The position numbers were made by a program, and so were the translations under genes. A stretch of DNA of 60,349 nt from Acidimicrobiales bacterium (lineage in GTDB: Bacteria; Actinomycetota; Acidimicrobiia; Acidimicrobiales; SZUA-35). Below the pieces are notes generated by a model. The model was not told the origin of the DNA, did no database searches, and worked only from the letters and a program-made list of their open reading frames with translations. Of this stretch, positions 27,224-37,650 are shown piece by piece (the first letter of the stretch is position 1; each line of letters opens with the position of its first letter). The stretch covers positions 37,895 to 98,243 of the forward strand of contig JAHDCV010000002.1 in NCBI GenBank assembly GCA_020629695.1, in the 5' to 3' direction.

Positions 27224-30200
27224 TCAGCGGAAGTTTCGGGCCATGGATTCGAGGCGGGCCGTCGACTGGGTCGGGTCGCTCCCGGGTGGCGCGTCGGTTG
27301 TCCACGGAGTCGGCCCGTGCTGGAGCTTCGGCGCGCTGCCGACCGGCAGCGGTTCGAACTTGTCGGCCACGACGTTGACCACCGTGCCCTGCTTCTCGAC
27401 CCGCCCCCGCACGAGCAGGGCCGGCGCGGACCGCACGATCTTGCGATACCGGCTCCAACACCCCACCGAGACGACGATGTTCATCAACCCGGACTCGTCC
27501 TCCATCCCGATGAACGTCGTCCCCGACGCCGTCGCCGGACGCTGCCGATGGGTGACCACACCACCGACCAGGACCCGGCTCCGATGCTCCAGCCCGCCGA
27601 GGTCGATCGCCCGGACCACACCGATCTCCCCCATCGAATCCCGGAGGAACTTCGTCGGGTGACCGTCGGGGGCGACACCGGTCGCCCAGAGATCGGCGAG
27701 AGCCTCCTCACGGTCGTCCATACCGGGCAGTGTCGGCGCCTCGAGACCGGTGACGATGCCCTCCAGGCGATCCGCTCCCATCTGTGACACGGCGCCCGCC
27801 GTCCACAGACTCTGCCGCCGCGACACACCCAGGCTGTCGAAGGCACCCGCCGTCGCCAGGGCTTCGAGCTGCTCCTTCGACACTCCGGTGCGCCGGGCCA
27901 GGTCCTCGATCGAGTGGTAGGGCCGCGCAGCGGCGATCACCTCGGCCAGATCTTCCCCGACACCTCGGACCGAGCCGATCCCCATCCGCACCGCCCAGCC
28001 GTGATCACGTCGTTCGACCTCGATCTCGTCCGCACCGGCGATCTCGATCGGTGTCGGTGGATGGTCGGCCGGCACGGGGGTGAGGATGGCATCGGCGGCC
28101 GAGGCGTTGACACAGGGCGACAGGGTCGGCACCCCGTGTCGCCGGGCGTCCTGCACCAGAGAATGCGGCGAGTAGAACCCCATCGGTTGCGCGTTGAGCA
28201 GCGCCGCACAGAACGCCGCCGGATACCGCAACTTCAGCCAGGAGGACGCGTAGACCAGGTAGGCGAAGCTGATCGAGTGACTCTCGGGAAAGCCGTAGTT
28301 CGCGAAGGCGGCGAGCTTGTGCCAGATCTGGTCGATGATGTCGGCCGGTACACCCCGTTCGGCCGCACCGACATCGAAGCGCGCTCGCAACTGCTCCATC
28401 CGTTCCCGTGAACGTTTCGACCCCATCGCCTGACGGAGTTGGTCGGCCTCGGACGGAGTGAACCCGGCCACGTCGATCGCCATCTGCATGAGCTGCTCCT
28501 GGAACAGCGGGATGCCCAGGGTCTTCTCGAGCGCAGGCTCCAGCAGCGGGTGGAGGTAGGTGACCGGCTCCTCGCCGTTGCGTCGACGGATGTAGGGATG
28601 CACCGAGCCGCCCTGGATCGGACCGGGCCGGATCAGGGCGATCTCGACCACGAGGTCGTAGAACGTGCGCGGCTTCAACCGCGGCAGCGTCGACATCTGC
28701 GCCCGGGACTCCACCTGGAACACCCCGACCGAGTCCGCCTTGCACAACATCGAGTAGACCGCGTCGTCCTGGGGAAGCGTCGCCAGATCGATCTCGACGT
28801 CGTGGTTCGCCTCGACGAGGTCGACACAGAGATGCAGCGCAGTCAGCATCCCGAGGCCGAGGAGGTCGAACTTCACGAGGCCGGCGGCGGCACAGTCGTC
28901 CTTGTCCCACTGGAGCACCGTCCGGTCCTCCATCCGGGCCCACTCGACCGGACAGACCTCGGTGACCGGCCGGTCGCACATCACCATGCCACCCGAGTGG
29001 ATCCCGAGATGACGTGGCAGGTGCTCGAACTGCACGGCGAGCTCGGCGACGTCATCGGGCAGCTCGTGGCCATCGCCGGGGCCGCGGGGTTCCGAGGTCG
29101 GCAGCGACGTCGGGCCGTCGGCGGCGGGGATCTCCACTCCGACCCTGCCCGGACCTCGCACCGCCGCGACCTGATGCTTCAGGCTCGACCACCGGTCCAG
29201 CGACTTGGAGAAGGCGTCCTGTTGACCCGGTGAGTAACCGAGCGCCTTGGCGGCGTCGCGCACCGCCGACTTCGATCGGTAGGTGATCACGTTGGCGACC
29301 TGCGCTGCGTGCCGGCGACCATGACGCTCGTAGACGTACTGGATCGCCTCTTCCCGGCGACCCGATTCGATGTCGAGATCGATGTCGGGAGGGCCGTCAC
29401 GCTCCGGGGACAGGAATCGTTCGAACAACAATCCGAGGCTCACGGCGTCGGCCTTGGTGACCCCCAGCACGTAACAGACCGCCGAGTTGGCCGCCGAGCC
29501 CCGGCCCTGGCAGTAGATGTCATGACGTCGACAGAAGTCGACGATGTCCCACACCACCAGGAAATAGCCGGGGAACCCGAGGGACTCGATCAGGTCGAGC
29601 TCACGATCCAGTTGCACCCAGGCCTCGGGACACCACGAGGCGTCGCGGGGCCCGTAACGCTGCACCCCACCCTCTTCGACGAGACGGCGGAGGTAGCCCA
29701 TCTCGGACAGACCGTCGGGACAAGGGAACGGTGGCAGGTTCGGGGCGACGAGCGACAGATCGAAGGCACACTCGCGCCCGATCGCCGCCGCTCGGGCGAT
29801 CACCCCGGGATACCGGGCGAACCGACGGGCCATCTCCTCCCCCGACCGCAGATGGGCGCCCGCACCCGCCGGCAGCCACCCCTGGATCTCGTCGAGGGAA
29901 CGTCGAGCCCGCACCGCGGCCATCGCTGTCGCCAGCCGCCGGTCCGAGGTGGTGGCGTAGTGCACGTTGTTGGTCGCCACGACGTCGAGGTCGAATGCCA
30001 CGGCCAACTCGGCCAGAGCGTCATTGCGCACCGTGTCCGAGGGATCCCCGTGATCCCACAGCTCCACGGCGACGTTGCCGGCGCCGAATCGATCGACCAG
30101 CGCCCCGAGTTCCCGGCGAGCCGCCGCCGGCCCCTCCCGCACCAGCGCCCGCGGGACCGAGCCCTTGCGGCATCCGGTCAACACCTGCCAATGGTCGACC

Positions 30201-30766
30201 TCACCCGGGCGGAGCCAACCATCGAGGTCGGCCATCGTCATCCGTGGCGCACCCTTCTGCCCGGCGAGCTGGGCTTCGGAGATCACCCGGGCGAGCGAGG
30301 CGTACCCCTCCGGCCCGCGCGCCAACACCAGCAGATGCGTGCCGTCCGGGTCGGCCTGGCCGGGTTCGGTGTCGAGCTTGTCGACCGTGAGTTCGGCCCC
30401 GAACACCGTCGGCAGACCCACCGACCGGGCCGCTTCGGCGAAGCGCACGACACCGTAGAACCCGTCGTGGTCGGTGATCGCCAGGGCTTCCAACCCGAGG
30501 CGGGCCGCTTCGGCCGCCAGCACCTCGGGATGGGATGCGCCGTCGAGGAAGCTGAACGTGGAGTGGGCATGGAGCTCCGCATACGGCACACGACCGGGCC
30601 GATACACCGACGGTGACGGCGCCAACTCCTGCCGCTTGGCCGACCACGCCGGAGCATCCCCTCCATCGGCGCCGGGGCCATAGCGGCGCGCGTCGGCAGG
30701 ACGACGATCGGAGAGCCGCGCCTCGATCTCGGACCAGGGCACCGGCGGGTTTCCCCATCCCATCAC
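27224..30766 (-). CDS. dnaE2: error-prone DNA polymerase DnaE2 (ImuC)
   Basis: 1180 aa. PHP domain (ELHAHSTFSFLDGAS), then the polIII alpha core. Start is GTG-ATG at 30766/30763. A Cheo box lies 9 nt upstream. Confidence 0.92.
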   Translation of the reverse strand: MMGWGNPPVPWSEIEARLSDRRPADARRYGPGADGGDAPAWSAKRQELAPSPSVYRPGRVPYAELHAHSTFSFLDGASHPEVLAAEAARLGLEALAITDHDGFYGVVRFAEAARSVGLPTVFGAELTVDKLDTEPGQADPDGTHLLVLARGPEGYASLARVISEAQLAGQKGAPRMTMADLDGWLRPGEVDHWQVLTGCRKGSVPRALVREGPAAARRELGALVDRFGAGNVAVELWDHGDPSDTVRNDALAELAVAFDLDVVATNNVHYATTSDRRLATAMAAVRARRSLDEIQGWLPAGAGAHLRSGEEMARRFARYPGVIARAAAIGRECAFDLSLVAPNLPPFPCPDGLSEMGYLRRLVEEGGVQRYGPRDASWCPEAWVQLDRELDLIESLGFPGYFLVVWDIVDFCRRHDIYCQGRGSAANSAVCYVLGVTKADAVSLGLLFERFLSPERDGPPDIDLDIESGRREEAIQYVYERHGRRHAAQVANVITYRSKSAVRDAAKALGYSPGQQDAFSKSLDRWSSLKHQVAAVRGPGRVGVEIPAADGPTSLPTSEPRGPGDGHELPDDVAELAVQFEHLPRHLGIHSGGMVMCDRPVTEVCPVEWARMEDRTVLQWDKDDCAAAGLVKFDLLGLGMLTALHLCVDLVEANHDVEIDLATLPQDDAVYSMLCKADSVGVFQVESRAQMSTLPRLKPRTFYDLVVEIALIRPGPIQGGSVHPYIRRRNGEEPVTYLHPLLEPALEKTLGIPLFQEQLMQMAIDVAGFTPSEADQLRQAMGSKRSRERMEQLRARFDVGAAERGVPADIIDQIWHKLAAFANYGFPESHSISFAYLVYASSWLKLRYPAAFCAALLNAQPMGFYSPHSLVQDARRHGVPTLSPCVNASAADAILTPVPADHPPTPIEIAGADEIEVERRDHGWAVRMGIGSVRGVGEDLAEVIAAARPYHSIEDLARRTGVSKEQLEALATAGAFDSLGVSRRQSLWTAGAVSQMGADRLEGIVTGLEAPTLPGMDDREEALADLWATGVAPDGHPTKFLRDSMGEIGVVRAIDLGGLEHRSRVLVGGVVTHRQRPATASGTTFIGMEDESGLMNIVVSVGCWSRYRKIVRSAPALLVRGRVEKQGTVVNVVADKFEPLPVGSAPKLQHGPTPWTTDAPPGSDPTQSTARLESMARNFR

Positions 30767-30774
30767 ATCACGTT

Positions 30775-30790
30775 ACGAACACCTGTTCGA
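30775..30790. promoter_or_regulatory. LexA (SOS/Cheo) box ACGAAC-ACCT-GTTCGA upstream of dnaE2
   Basis: Matches 11/12 of the actinobacterial consensus TCGAAC-N4-GTTCGA. It sits in the dnaE2 / methyltransferase divergent region. Confidence 0.8.
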
Positions 30791-30819
30791 TCGCGCAACG
30801 CGCCAGTCGATTGCTCCGA

Positions 30820-30863
30820 ACACATCGAAACCGACCACCCGACACATCGAAACCGACCACCCG
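30820..30863. repeat. 22-bp perfect tandem direct repeat (x2): acatcgaaaccgaccacccg
   Basis: Located between the dnaE2 Cheo box and the methyltransferase start. Candidate operator. Confidence 0.6.
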
Positions 30864-30883
30864 GCTCGCTACGCTGCTCGGCC

Positions 30884-31870
30884 GTGTCGGGGTATGCGGT
30901 CCTGATCCGGGAGTCGTCGAATCGGGTCTACGACGGCGACGGCGCGCGCCTCCTGGCCGCCGAGCTCGCCGCACATCGACCCCACCTCCGCGCCGCCCTG
31001 ACCACCATCGAACGATGCGGGCCCGACGACCCGATGGACCTCCACCTCACGATCGAGGGCGACCTCGACGAGCACGATCGGCGCCTCCTCGGCAACACCT
31101 CCGGACTCCGTCTCCTGTTCCGCCGCCACGGCGACCTCCTCGAACCGGTCGCACTCCCGGTCTCGGCCGAACACGACAGCGACCTGATCACGATCCAGCG
31201 GTATCGGGGCAAGACCAACGAGCAGTTCACCCACCTCCTGGTGAACCTCACCGTGCTCGCCGCCAGTCCGGCGGACGATCGTCGGCTCCACCTGCTCGAC
31301 CCGGTCGCCGGTCGCGGCACCACCCTCAACCGCGGGCTGGTGCTCGGCTTCGACGTCGCGGGCGTCGAGAAGAGCGGCACCGAGGTCGACGCCTACCGGA
31401 CGTTCCTGTCCAACTACTGGAAGGACCATCGGGTCAAACACAAGCTCCACCGGGAGCGGATCCGCAAGGGCCCGCACGCCGGTTCGCAACGCTTCTCGAT
31501 CCGCCTCGGCACGGGTCAACGGATCGACGTCGCCCAGGCCGACACGTCAGCCGTCGGTGGCGTCTTCCCCGGTCGCAAGTTCGACGTGATCGTCGGTGAC
31601 CTGCCCTACGGCGTCCAACACGGAGCCCGGCACGGCGAGGAGACCGACCGATCCGCGGCTCGCCTGCTCGAGACGGCGCTTCCCGAGTGGCGACGGGTGC
31701 TCCGTCATGGTGGCGCGATCGGCTTGGCCTGGAATCTCCGCACGCTGCCGCGCGCCGAGATGATCACGTCACTGCGTGAGCACGGCTTCGACGTCGTCGA
31801 CCATCCACGCTCGTTCGAGCACGTCGTCGACCGTTCGATCACCCGGGATCTGGTGGTCGCCACCCGCTGA
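30884..31870 (+). CDS. SAM-dependent methyltransferase (UPF0020/TRM11-like; DPPY-type motif IV DLPYG)
   Basis: VIVGDLPYG motif IV and a Gly-rich motif I region (LDPVAGRGTTL). 328 aa. Confidence 0.55.
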   Translation: MSGYAVLIRESSNRVYDGDGARLLAAELAAHRPHLRAALTTIERCGPDDPMDLHLTIEGDLDEHDRRLLGNTSGLRLLFRRHGDLLEPVALPVSAEHDSDLITIQRYRGKTNEQFTHLLVNLTVLAASPADDRRLHLLDPVAGRGTTLNRGLVLGFDVAGVEKSGTEVDAYRTFLSNYWKDHRVKHKLHRERIRKGPHAGSQRFSIRLGTGQRIDVAQADTSAVGGVFPGRKFDVIVGDLPYGVQHGARHGEETDRSAARLLETALPEWRRVLRHGGAIGLAWNLRTLPRAEMITSLREHGFDVVDHPRSFEHVVDRSITRDLVVATR

Positions 31871-31904
31871 GGGCGGCGACCACACGATCATCCCGGCCGA
31901 CGGA

Positions 31905-32396
31905 TCAAGTCGCGGCACCCTTGCCCGAGCCGACCAGCGTGTCTGCTTCGAACGGCGTGAGCAGGCAGACGATCTCCCGATCGTCTCCGAGCTCCCACGA
32001 GTCCTCGGTGGGGATCAACCACGAGATGTCGTAGGTCATCGACGCCGCGTACTCGATGCCGACGTAGTCGGTGAACTCCGCGAGACAGGTCTCGCCGGCG
32101 AGTTCGGTCAAGGCTTCTTCCCCGGGGAACACGACCGAGGTCGAGTTGAACAGGTGATACACCTCCGACTCGTGCTCCTCGGCGCAGGGCACACCCTCGA
32201 AGCCGCTCACCTCGCCGACCGTGTTGCCGCGGAGGCAGTCGCCGACGCTCAACACGAAGGCGCCGAGCTGGCCGCTCTCGGTGATCTCACCGGTCTCGGC
32301 ATCCCGTTGGGTGTCATCCGTCTCCCCTTCGTTGCCGCAGGCGGAGAGGACCAGGGCGAGGAAGGCGGCGAGGGCGATTCGTCGAAGTGCAGTCAT
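31905..32396 (-). CDS. secreted lipoprotein of the septum-formation (DUF4190-like) family, tentative
   Basis: Signal peptide plus lipobox LVLSACG. Conserved Cys pairs (GDCL...PCAEEHESEVY). Confidence 0.45.
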   Translation of the reverse strand: MTALRRIALAAFLALVLSACGNEGETDDTQRDAETGEITESGQLGAFVLSVGDCLRGNTVGEVSGFEGVPCAEEHESEVYHLFNSTSVVFPGEEALTELAGETCLAEFTDYVGIEYAASMTYDISWLIPTEDSWELGDDREIVCLLTPFEADTLVGSGKGAAT

Positions 32397-32532
32397 ATCG
32401 ACAGCATCGGCACCAGGACGGGAGGACTCATTCCAATCCGCCCCCGATTCAGGGGATTTGGCACGATCGACCCACACGAACCGGGACCATCGGCCCGCTT
32501 CGGCACGCCGACGGCGCCGTCGGGTGACCGGA

Positions 32533-33384
32533 TCAGGGACCGAGGCGCAGACCGAGGCGGGCGGCGAGCACACCTGCCTGGGCGACGCCCAGACCGTGGC
32601 GCCGCCAGCGGTCGGCATCGGTGCCGCTGAGGAATCGAGCGACGTCCCCACCTCGGGAGTGGAGCACCGGCCCGACCTGCACGTGCTGCACCCGGATCGT
32701 GAACAGCGCCCACGACACGCCATCGTCCGATGGGACCGCCGACAACGTCTGGCGCTCGCTTCGCAGCCAGAGCTCGTCGTCGAGCCGTTCGAGTGGAACC
32801 ACCTCGGAGAGATCGTGCCGCTCCGGCTGGAACCACTGGTCGTGTGCGTGGAGGAACCAGTTGCGTCGCCACACGACACGGTCCCCGAGACGATCGAGCA
32901 GGCTCTCCACCCGGTCGTGCAGCACCGGTTCGTACCCCGGCACGGGCTCGTGCACACCGAGCAGCGGTCGTCCCACCTTCTCGGTCAAACGCCACGAACT
33001 CGGGAAGCACAACACACCGCCGGCCAACACCCAGCCGCCGACATCACGTCGTAGGACGCACAGGTCCTCCACGACCTCCAGCGCCGCGTGGACGAGAGCG
33101 TGCTCCCCCGCGACCGTGCCGCCGCCACCGACCCGCTCGGCGATCACGGAGGCGACGGGCCCCGGCACGTCGTCCACGGCGACCACCTCGCTCCGACGCT
33201 CGGCCACGAGGGATCGCCGCAGCCCGGCCAGGTCTCCCTCCTCCGGCGACGCGGGCACGAGCCAGTCACGATCGGCCAGCCGACGTGTCCCCATGGTGGG
33301 TGCGGCGACCGCGGGGTCGAAGTCGATCTCGTCGACCCATGGAGGTGGTTCGACGGCACCGGGCATCCCGACATCGTCGCTCAT
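32533..33384 (-). CDS. DUF3445 / heme-dependent oxidative N-demethylase-like family protein
   Basis: LCFPSSW motif, as recalled for DUF3445. 283 aa from MSDDVGMPGAV. The upstream part of the ORF is spurious. Confidence 0.45.
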   Translation of the reverse strand: MSDDVGMPGAVEPPPWVDEIDFDPAVAAPTMGTRRLADRDWLVPASPEEGDLAGLRRSLVAERRSEVVAVDDVPGPVASVIAERVGGGGTVAGEHALVHAALEVVEDLCVLRRDVGGWVLAGGVLCFPSSWRLTEKVGRPLLGVHEPVPGYEPVLHDRVESLLDRLGDRVVWRRNWFLHAHDQWFQPERHDLSEVVPLERLDDELWLRSERQTLSAVPSDDGVSWALFTIRVQHVQVGPVLHSRGGDVARFLSGTDADRWRRHGLGVAQAGVLAARLGLRLGP

Positions 33385-33508
33385 CGCCACCGGTCCCGTC
33401 GATGCCGGCCCCGATTCGCCCGTCCGCCCGCACCTCGGCGATGGAGTCGACCAGCGGCCCACGATCGACCAGAATCCCCGAACACACGCACGAACCGGAG
33501 AGGTCTCC

Positions 33509-34597
33509 ATGAAGGCAGCGGTACTCAACTCAGCTCCCGGACAGCTCGACATCGAGGACGTCCAACTCGATGAACCGGGCCCCAACGAGGTCCTCATCAC
33601 CACGAAGGCCGCCGGCCTCTGCCACTCGGACCTCCACTTCATGGAGGCCACCTACCCCCACCCCTGCCCGACGGTGCTCGGCCACGAATCCGCCGGAGTC
33701 GTCGAAGCCGTCGGTCCCGGCGTGCGCCACGTGCAGCCCGGCGATCACGTCATCACCTGTCTCTCGGCGTTCTGCGGCACGTGCTCGATGTGCACCAACG
33801 GCAACATGTCGCTCTGTGAACGCAAGCGCATCGACCTCGTCCGCCAGCCCGACGAGGGCTCCCGGATCCGACGGGGCGACGAGGACGTCCACCAGTTCCT
33901 CCACCTGTCGTCCTTCGCCGAGCAGATGCTCGTGCACGAGAACGCACTGGTGAAGATCCGCGAGGACATGCCACTCGACAAGGCCTCACTCATCGGGTGT
34001 GGCGTCACCACGGGTCTCGGTGCGGTGTTCCGGACCGCACGCGTGGAGCCCGGCACCTCCGTGGTGGTCATCGGTTGTGGCGGCATCGGCCTCTCGGCGA
34101 TCCAGGGTGCCCGCATCGCCGGTGCCAACAAGATCATCGCCGTCGACATGCTGCCGTCGAAGCTCGAGCTCGCCCAACAGATGGGCGCCACCCACGTCGT
34201 CGACGCTTCGTCGAACGACGCGGTCGCCGCCGTCAAGGATCTCACCGGTGGTGGCGCGCACTATTCGTTCGAGGCGGTCGGCCTGCCCGTGACGGCCCGG
34301 CAGGCATTCGAGATGCTCCGCCCTCGTGGGCAGGCCACGGTGATCGGTCTGATCCCGGTCGGCGCCGAGGTGACGATCACGGGTGTCGATCTGCTCGACG
34401 AGAAGATCCTCACCGGATCGAACATGGGCTCGAACCAGTTCCGGACCGACATGCCCCGGTTCGTCGACATGTACCTCGACGGCAAGCTGATGCTCGATGA
34501 GATGGTGAGTCAGCACATCTCACTCGACCAGATCAACGAGGGCTTCGACGACATGAAGGCGGGCAAGGTCGCCCGGAGCGTCATCCTCTTCGACTGA
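33509..34597 (+). CDS. zinc-dependent alcohol dehydrogenase (class III / mycothiol-dependent formaldehyde dehydrogenase-like)
   Basis: GLCHSDLH, GHESAG, structural Zn Cys cluster CGTCSMCTNG, and a GCGGIGL Rossmann motif. The ATG is preceded by GGAGAGG. Confidence 0.85.
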   Translation: MKAAVLNSAPGQLDIEDVQLDEPGPNEVLITTKAAGLCHSDLHFMEATYPHPCPTVLGHESAGVVEAVGPGVRHVQPGDHVITCLSAFCGTCSMCTNGNMSLCERKRIDLVRQPDEGSRIRRGDEDVHQFLHLSSFAEQMLVHENALVKIREDMPLDKASLIGCGVTTGLGAVFRTARVEPGTSVVVIGCGGIGLSAIQGARIAGANKIIAVDMLPSKLELAQQMGATHVVDASSNDAVAAVKDLTGGGAHYSFEAVGLPVTARQAFEMLRPRGQATVIGLIPVGAEVTITGVDLLDEKILTGSNMGSNQFRTDMPRFVDMYLDGKLMLDEMVSQHISLDQINEGFDDMKAGKVARSVILFD

Positions 34598-34617
34598 GCC
34601 ATCCATCCAGGCTCGCG

Positions 34618-36252
34618 CTAGTCGTAGCGGGCCTCGATCATCCACTGCTGGTGCTCCACCACCAGCAGACAGGCGGATCCGTCGTCCAGGCGGACTTGGA
34701 GTCGCGCTCGTCGCCGATGATGCAGTGGATCCCACCAGCGCTCGTCGGCCGCCCAGGGGCCGACCCAACCCTCGATCCCGGCTCGCCACCCTCTCCCGAC
34801 GATTCGGACCGGCTCCGCCGAGGCCTCTCCACGCCCGCTCACCACCACGGGCTCGTCGAGGATGTCGAGCAGGGCCACCGGCTCGGGTTCGGGCAACACG
34901 GACAACGGCAACGGTGACGGGACGGAACCGGGCCAGGGTTCACGGACCCAGCCGGCAGCCGCGGCCGGACGGGCCTCGGCGAGATCGACCACGGCGGCAG
35001 GCACCAGTTCGATGCGCTCGTCGGGACCCCGACCGCCTCGCCACTCCGGCACGGTCACCGCATCCGGGCCGAGCAACCCCTGGAGCCGGGCGACGGCACG
35101 ACCGACCTGTTCGCCCCGATCGCTCCGTCCGCCCCAGAACCCCAACTGCCGACCGGTCGCCGCCACGACCTGATCGGGGATCAGGTGCAATCGGGTGATC
35201 GCCCCAGGTCCGGTGTCGAGATGGGTGTCGCCGGGCTCGACGGCCTGCCCGGTCCGATCACGACCGGTCCGCCGCTGATGGTCCACCGATCGCTGATGGA
35301 GCCAACCATCGAGTTGCCAACGAGCCCGGTCGGCGACGGCGGACGGTGACAGTGCACCCTCGTGCCGCCACAACCGCCGGTGCACCTCACCGCCCGCGTT
35401 CTCGGCTTCCACAGCCAGCCGCACACACGCGAGACCACGCCGACCGAGTACGAGGTCCAGCTCGTCCGCCAGCGCCTTGGCCGCGAAGGCGCACTGGTCG
35501 AGACGGTCGGCCGGAGGGTCGAAGTCCCAGCTGACCGCGAGATCCGGTGCCGGCCGTCGGAGATCCGGAGGATGCGCATCCTCGCCGCGGGCCAGACGAT
35601 GCGCGACCAGCCCGTCCTCCCCGAACCGTCCGAGCACATCGGCAGCAGACAGTCCGGCGAACGCTCCGAGGGTGCGGAGCCCCAACCGGCGGAGCACGTC
35701 GCACAGCTCCGGGCGCTCGAGCAGGCCGACGTCGAGACCGGCGAGGAATGCCGGGCTGCCGTCGACCTCCACGATGGCGGCGCCGTCGGCGGCCCGGCGG
35801 TGCCGTGACGCCAGGGATGCGGCGAAGGTGCCGTCGGCGACACCGATGTGCAGTGGGGCCCGTCCGTCGAGGACCGGCTCGATGGCCTCGCGCACCCGAT
35901 CGGCGACGGGTTCGTCACCGCCGAAGTACCGGGACGGACCGCGCATGCCGAACCCGACCAAGCCCGGCATCGAGACCTCGACGAGTGGCGTCAGATCCTC
36001 CAGGCAGGCGGCGACCGGCTCGAATCGTCGGGCCTCGCGCTCGAGATCACGCTCCACGATGGCGACATCGGGACATCGACTCTGCGCCTCGCGCCGTCGT
36101 TGTCCGACCTCCACACCCTCCGCCCGTGCCGCGGGCGACGTGGCGAGCACCCGATTCGCACGGACGACCGCCACGGGTTCGTCGAGTGGGATCCCCGACA
36201 CGACCACGGGCCAGTCCGGCACCCGGGCGGCGAGCGACCGAGCACCGGTCAC
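34618..36252 (-). CDS. imuB: ImuB (Y-family polymerase-like mutasome subunit)
   Basis: N-terminal ...RVPDWPVV (the CPDWP-type motif of UmuC/DinB-like proteins). 544 aa, a typical ImuB length. Has its own Cheo box 58 nt upstream. Confidence 0.75.
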   Translation of the reverse strand: MTGARSLAARVPDWPVVVSGIPLDEPVAVVRANRVLATSPAARAEGVEVGQRRREAQSRCPDVAIVERDLEREARRFEPVAACLEDLTPLVEVSMPGLVGFGMRGPSRYFGGDEPVADRVREAIEPVLDGRAPLHIGVADGTFAASLASRHRRAADGAAIVEVDGSPAFLAGLDVGLLERPELCDVLRRLGLRTLGAFAGLSAADVLGRFGEDGLVAHRLARGEDAHPPDLRRPAPDLAVSWDFDPPADRLDQCAFAAKALADELDLVLGRRGLACVRLAVEAENAGGEVHRRLWRHEGALSPSAVADRARWQLDGWLHQRSVDHQRRTGRDRTGQAVEPGDTHLDTGPGAITRLHLIPDQVVAATGRQLGFWGGRSDRGEQVGRAVARLQGLLGPDAVTVPEWRGGRGPDERIELVPAAVVDLAEARPAAAAGWVREPWPGSVPSPLPLSVLPEPEPVALLDILDEPVVVSGRGEASAEPVRIVGRGWRAGIEGWVGPWAADERWWDPLHHRRRARLQVRLDDGSACLLVVEHQQWMIEARYD

Positions 36253-36303
36253 GGTCGCTCCGAACTCAGGTCGTGATGACCGCCGAGGTGTTCCGCCATC
36301 GCC

Positions 36304-37593
36304 TCATGATCGAACACGTGTTCGTTCGACGTCAACCCCGAACGCCCCCGGCGCCATCTCGACGGGCCCCGCTCGGTCGATGCGACGGATCACGACGGCG
36401 TAGAGCACGGCCGCAGCCATCGTCACGACACCCATCACCAGGAACGATCCGGACAGGCCGACCGCCTCGGCCAACAGACCGAGCGGGTAGGCGGCGATGC
36501 CGAAACCGGCGAACGACAACATCATCAGACTCTGCACCCGGCCCCGGTGAGCGTCGTCGGTGAGGCCGAGGGCGAGGGTGTTCGACAGGGACTGGAACCC
36601 CGTGGTGGCCGATCCGATCAACACCACGACGGCGAACGCCCACCAGAACGAGTCGGCGAACGCGAGCAGGGCGACCGTCGCCCCGAAGGCCACCCCGGAC
36701 CCGATCATCCAGCGACGTGCCCCAGGAGCGTCGGCGCGGGCGGCGAGCGGCAGACCGACCACCAGCGCACCGAGCGACGAGGCCGACATCAGGTACCCGA
36801 CCCACGCCTCGTCCCGCCCGAAGGTGTCCTCGACCAGAGCGGGGATGAACGCGACGTAGTTGAAACCGAACATGATGATCACCGTCGAGGCCACGATGAT
36901 CGCCGCCAGCCGCGGCTCGGCCGCCACGTGTCGGACACCTTCGACCAACTCGGCGATCGGCCGGCGATCCGACGTCGACGCCGGCGGACGGCTCGGCAGT
37001 CGAAGCAGGAACAGCCAGGCACCGACGGCGAAGGCGGCCGTCACGAGGTAGGTGCCGCCGATCCCGAGTGCCGGGATGGAGAGCAACAGGCCGGCGCTGG
37101 TCGGCGCGAAGATCCGGGTCGTGTTGAGCGTCAACAGCGACAGGGTGATCGCGTTGCCGATGCGGTCCGCGCCGACGAGCTCGGCGGTGTAGGCCACACG
37201 CGCCGGGCCGTAGAACCCGAAGGCGAGCCCCTGTGACCCACTCGCCACGAGCAGCATCCAGAACGACACCACGTCGGCGAGCACGACGATGCCCATCCCG
37301 AGCGCCACCACGAGCAACACCGTCTGCGAGACGAGCAGCACCGCACGCTTCGGCAGACGGTCGGCCGCCACACCCCCGGAGAGCGTGGCGACGAGCATCG
37401 AGAGTCCGAAGACGAGGTAGACGAGGCCGAGGGCGCCTTCTGCCTCGGTCAGATCCCAGGCCAGCACACCACGGAGCAGCAGCTGCATCTGGACCGACAT
37501 GAACGAGAACAAGCCGGCGAACCAGAGTTGACGGAAGTCCCGGACACGCAACGACGACCCGGCGTCGATGACGGTCTGGCGCAGCGAACTCAC
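36304..37593 (-). CDS. MFS transporter (about 12 TM)
   Basis: GTG start at 37593 (VSSLRQTVIDAG...). Continuous hydrophobic helices with MFS-type loop motifs (GVAADRLPKR). Lies between imuA' and imuB. Confidence 0.75.
   Translation of the reverse strand: MSSLRQTVIDAGSSLRVRDFRQLWFAGLFSFMSVQMQLLLRGVLAWDLTEAEGALGLVYLVFGLSMLVATLSGGVAADRLPKRAVLLVSQTVLLVVALGMGIVVLADVVSFWMLLVASGSQGLAFGFYGPARVAYTAELVGADRIGNAITLSLLTLNTTRIFAPTSAGLLLSIPALGIGGTYLVTAAFAVGAWLFLLRLPSRPPASTSDRRPIAELVEGVRHVAAEPRLAAIIVASTVIIMFGFNYVAFIPALVEDTFGRDEAWVGYLMSASSLGALVVGLPLAARADAPGARRWMIGSGVAFGATVALLAFADSFWWAFAVVVLIGSATTGFQSLSNTLALGLTDDAHRGRVQSLMMLSFAGFGIAAYPLGLLAEAVGLSGSFLVMGVVTMAAAVLYAVVIRRIDRAGPVEMAPGAFGVDVERTRVRS
36310..36325. 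promoter_or_regulatory. LexA (Cheo) box TCGAAC-ACGT-GTTCGT upstream of imuB, lying inside the last codons of the MFS gene
   Basis: Matches 11/12 of the consensus. The MFS ORF stop is at about 36304. Confidence 0.7.
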
Positions 37594-37650
37594 CCGGAGA
37601 CCGTACGTGCGGCCCACTCCGACGACCGCATCGACGTACGAGGTCTCCCG

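Noticed and set aside
28439-30616. Plus-strand ORFs of 264 and 435 aa
   Set aside because: They lie antisense to dnaE2 and are GC artefacts.
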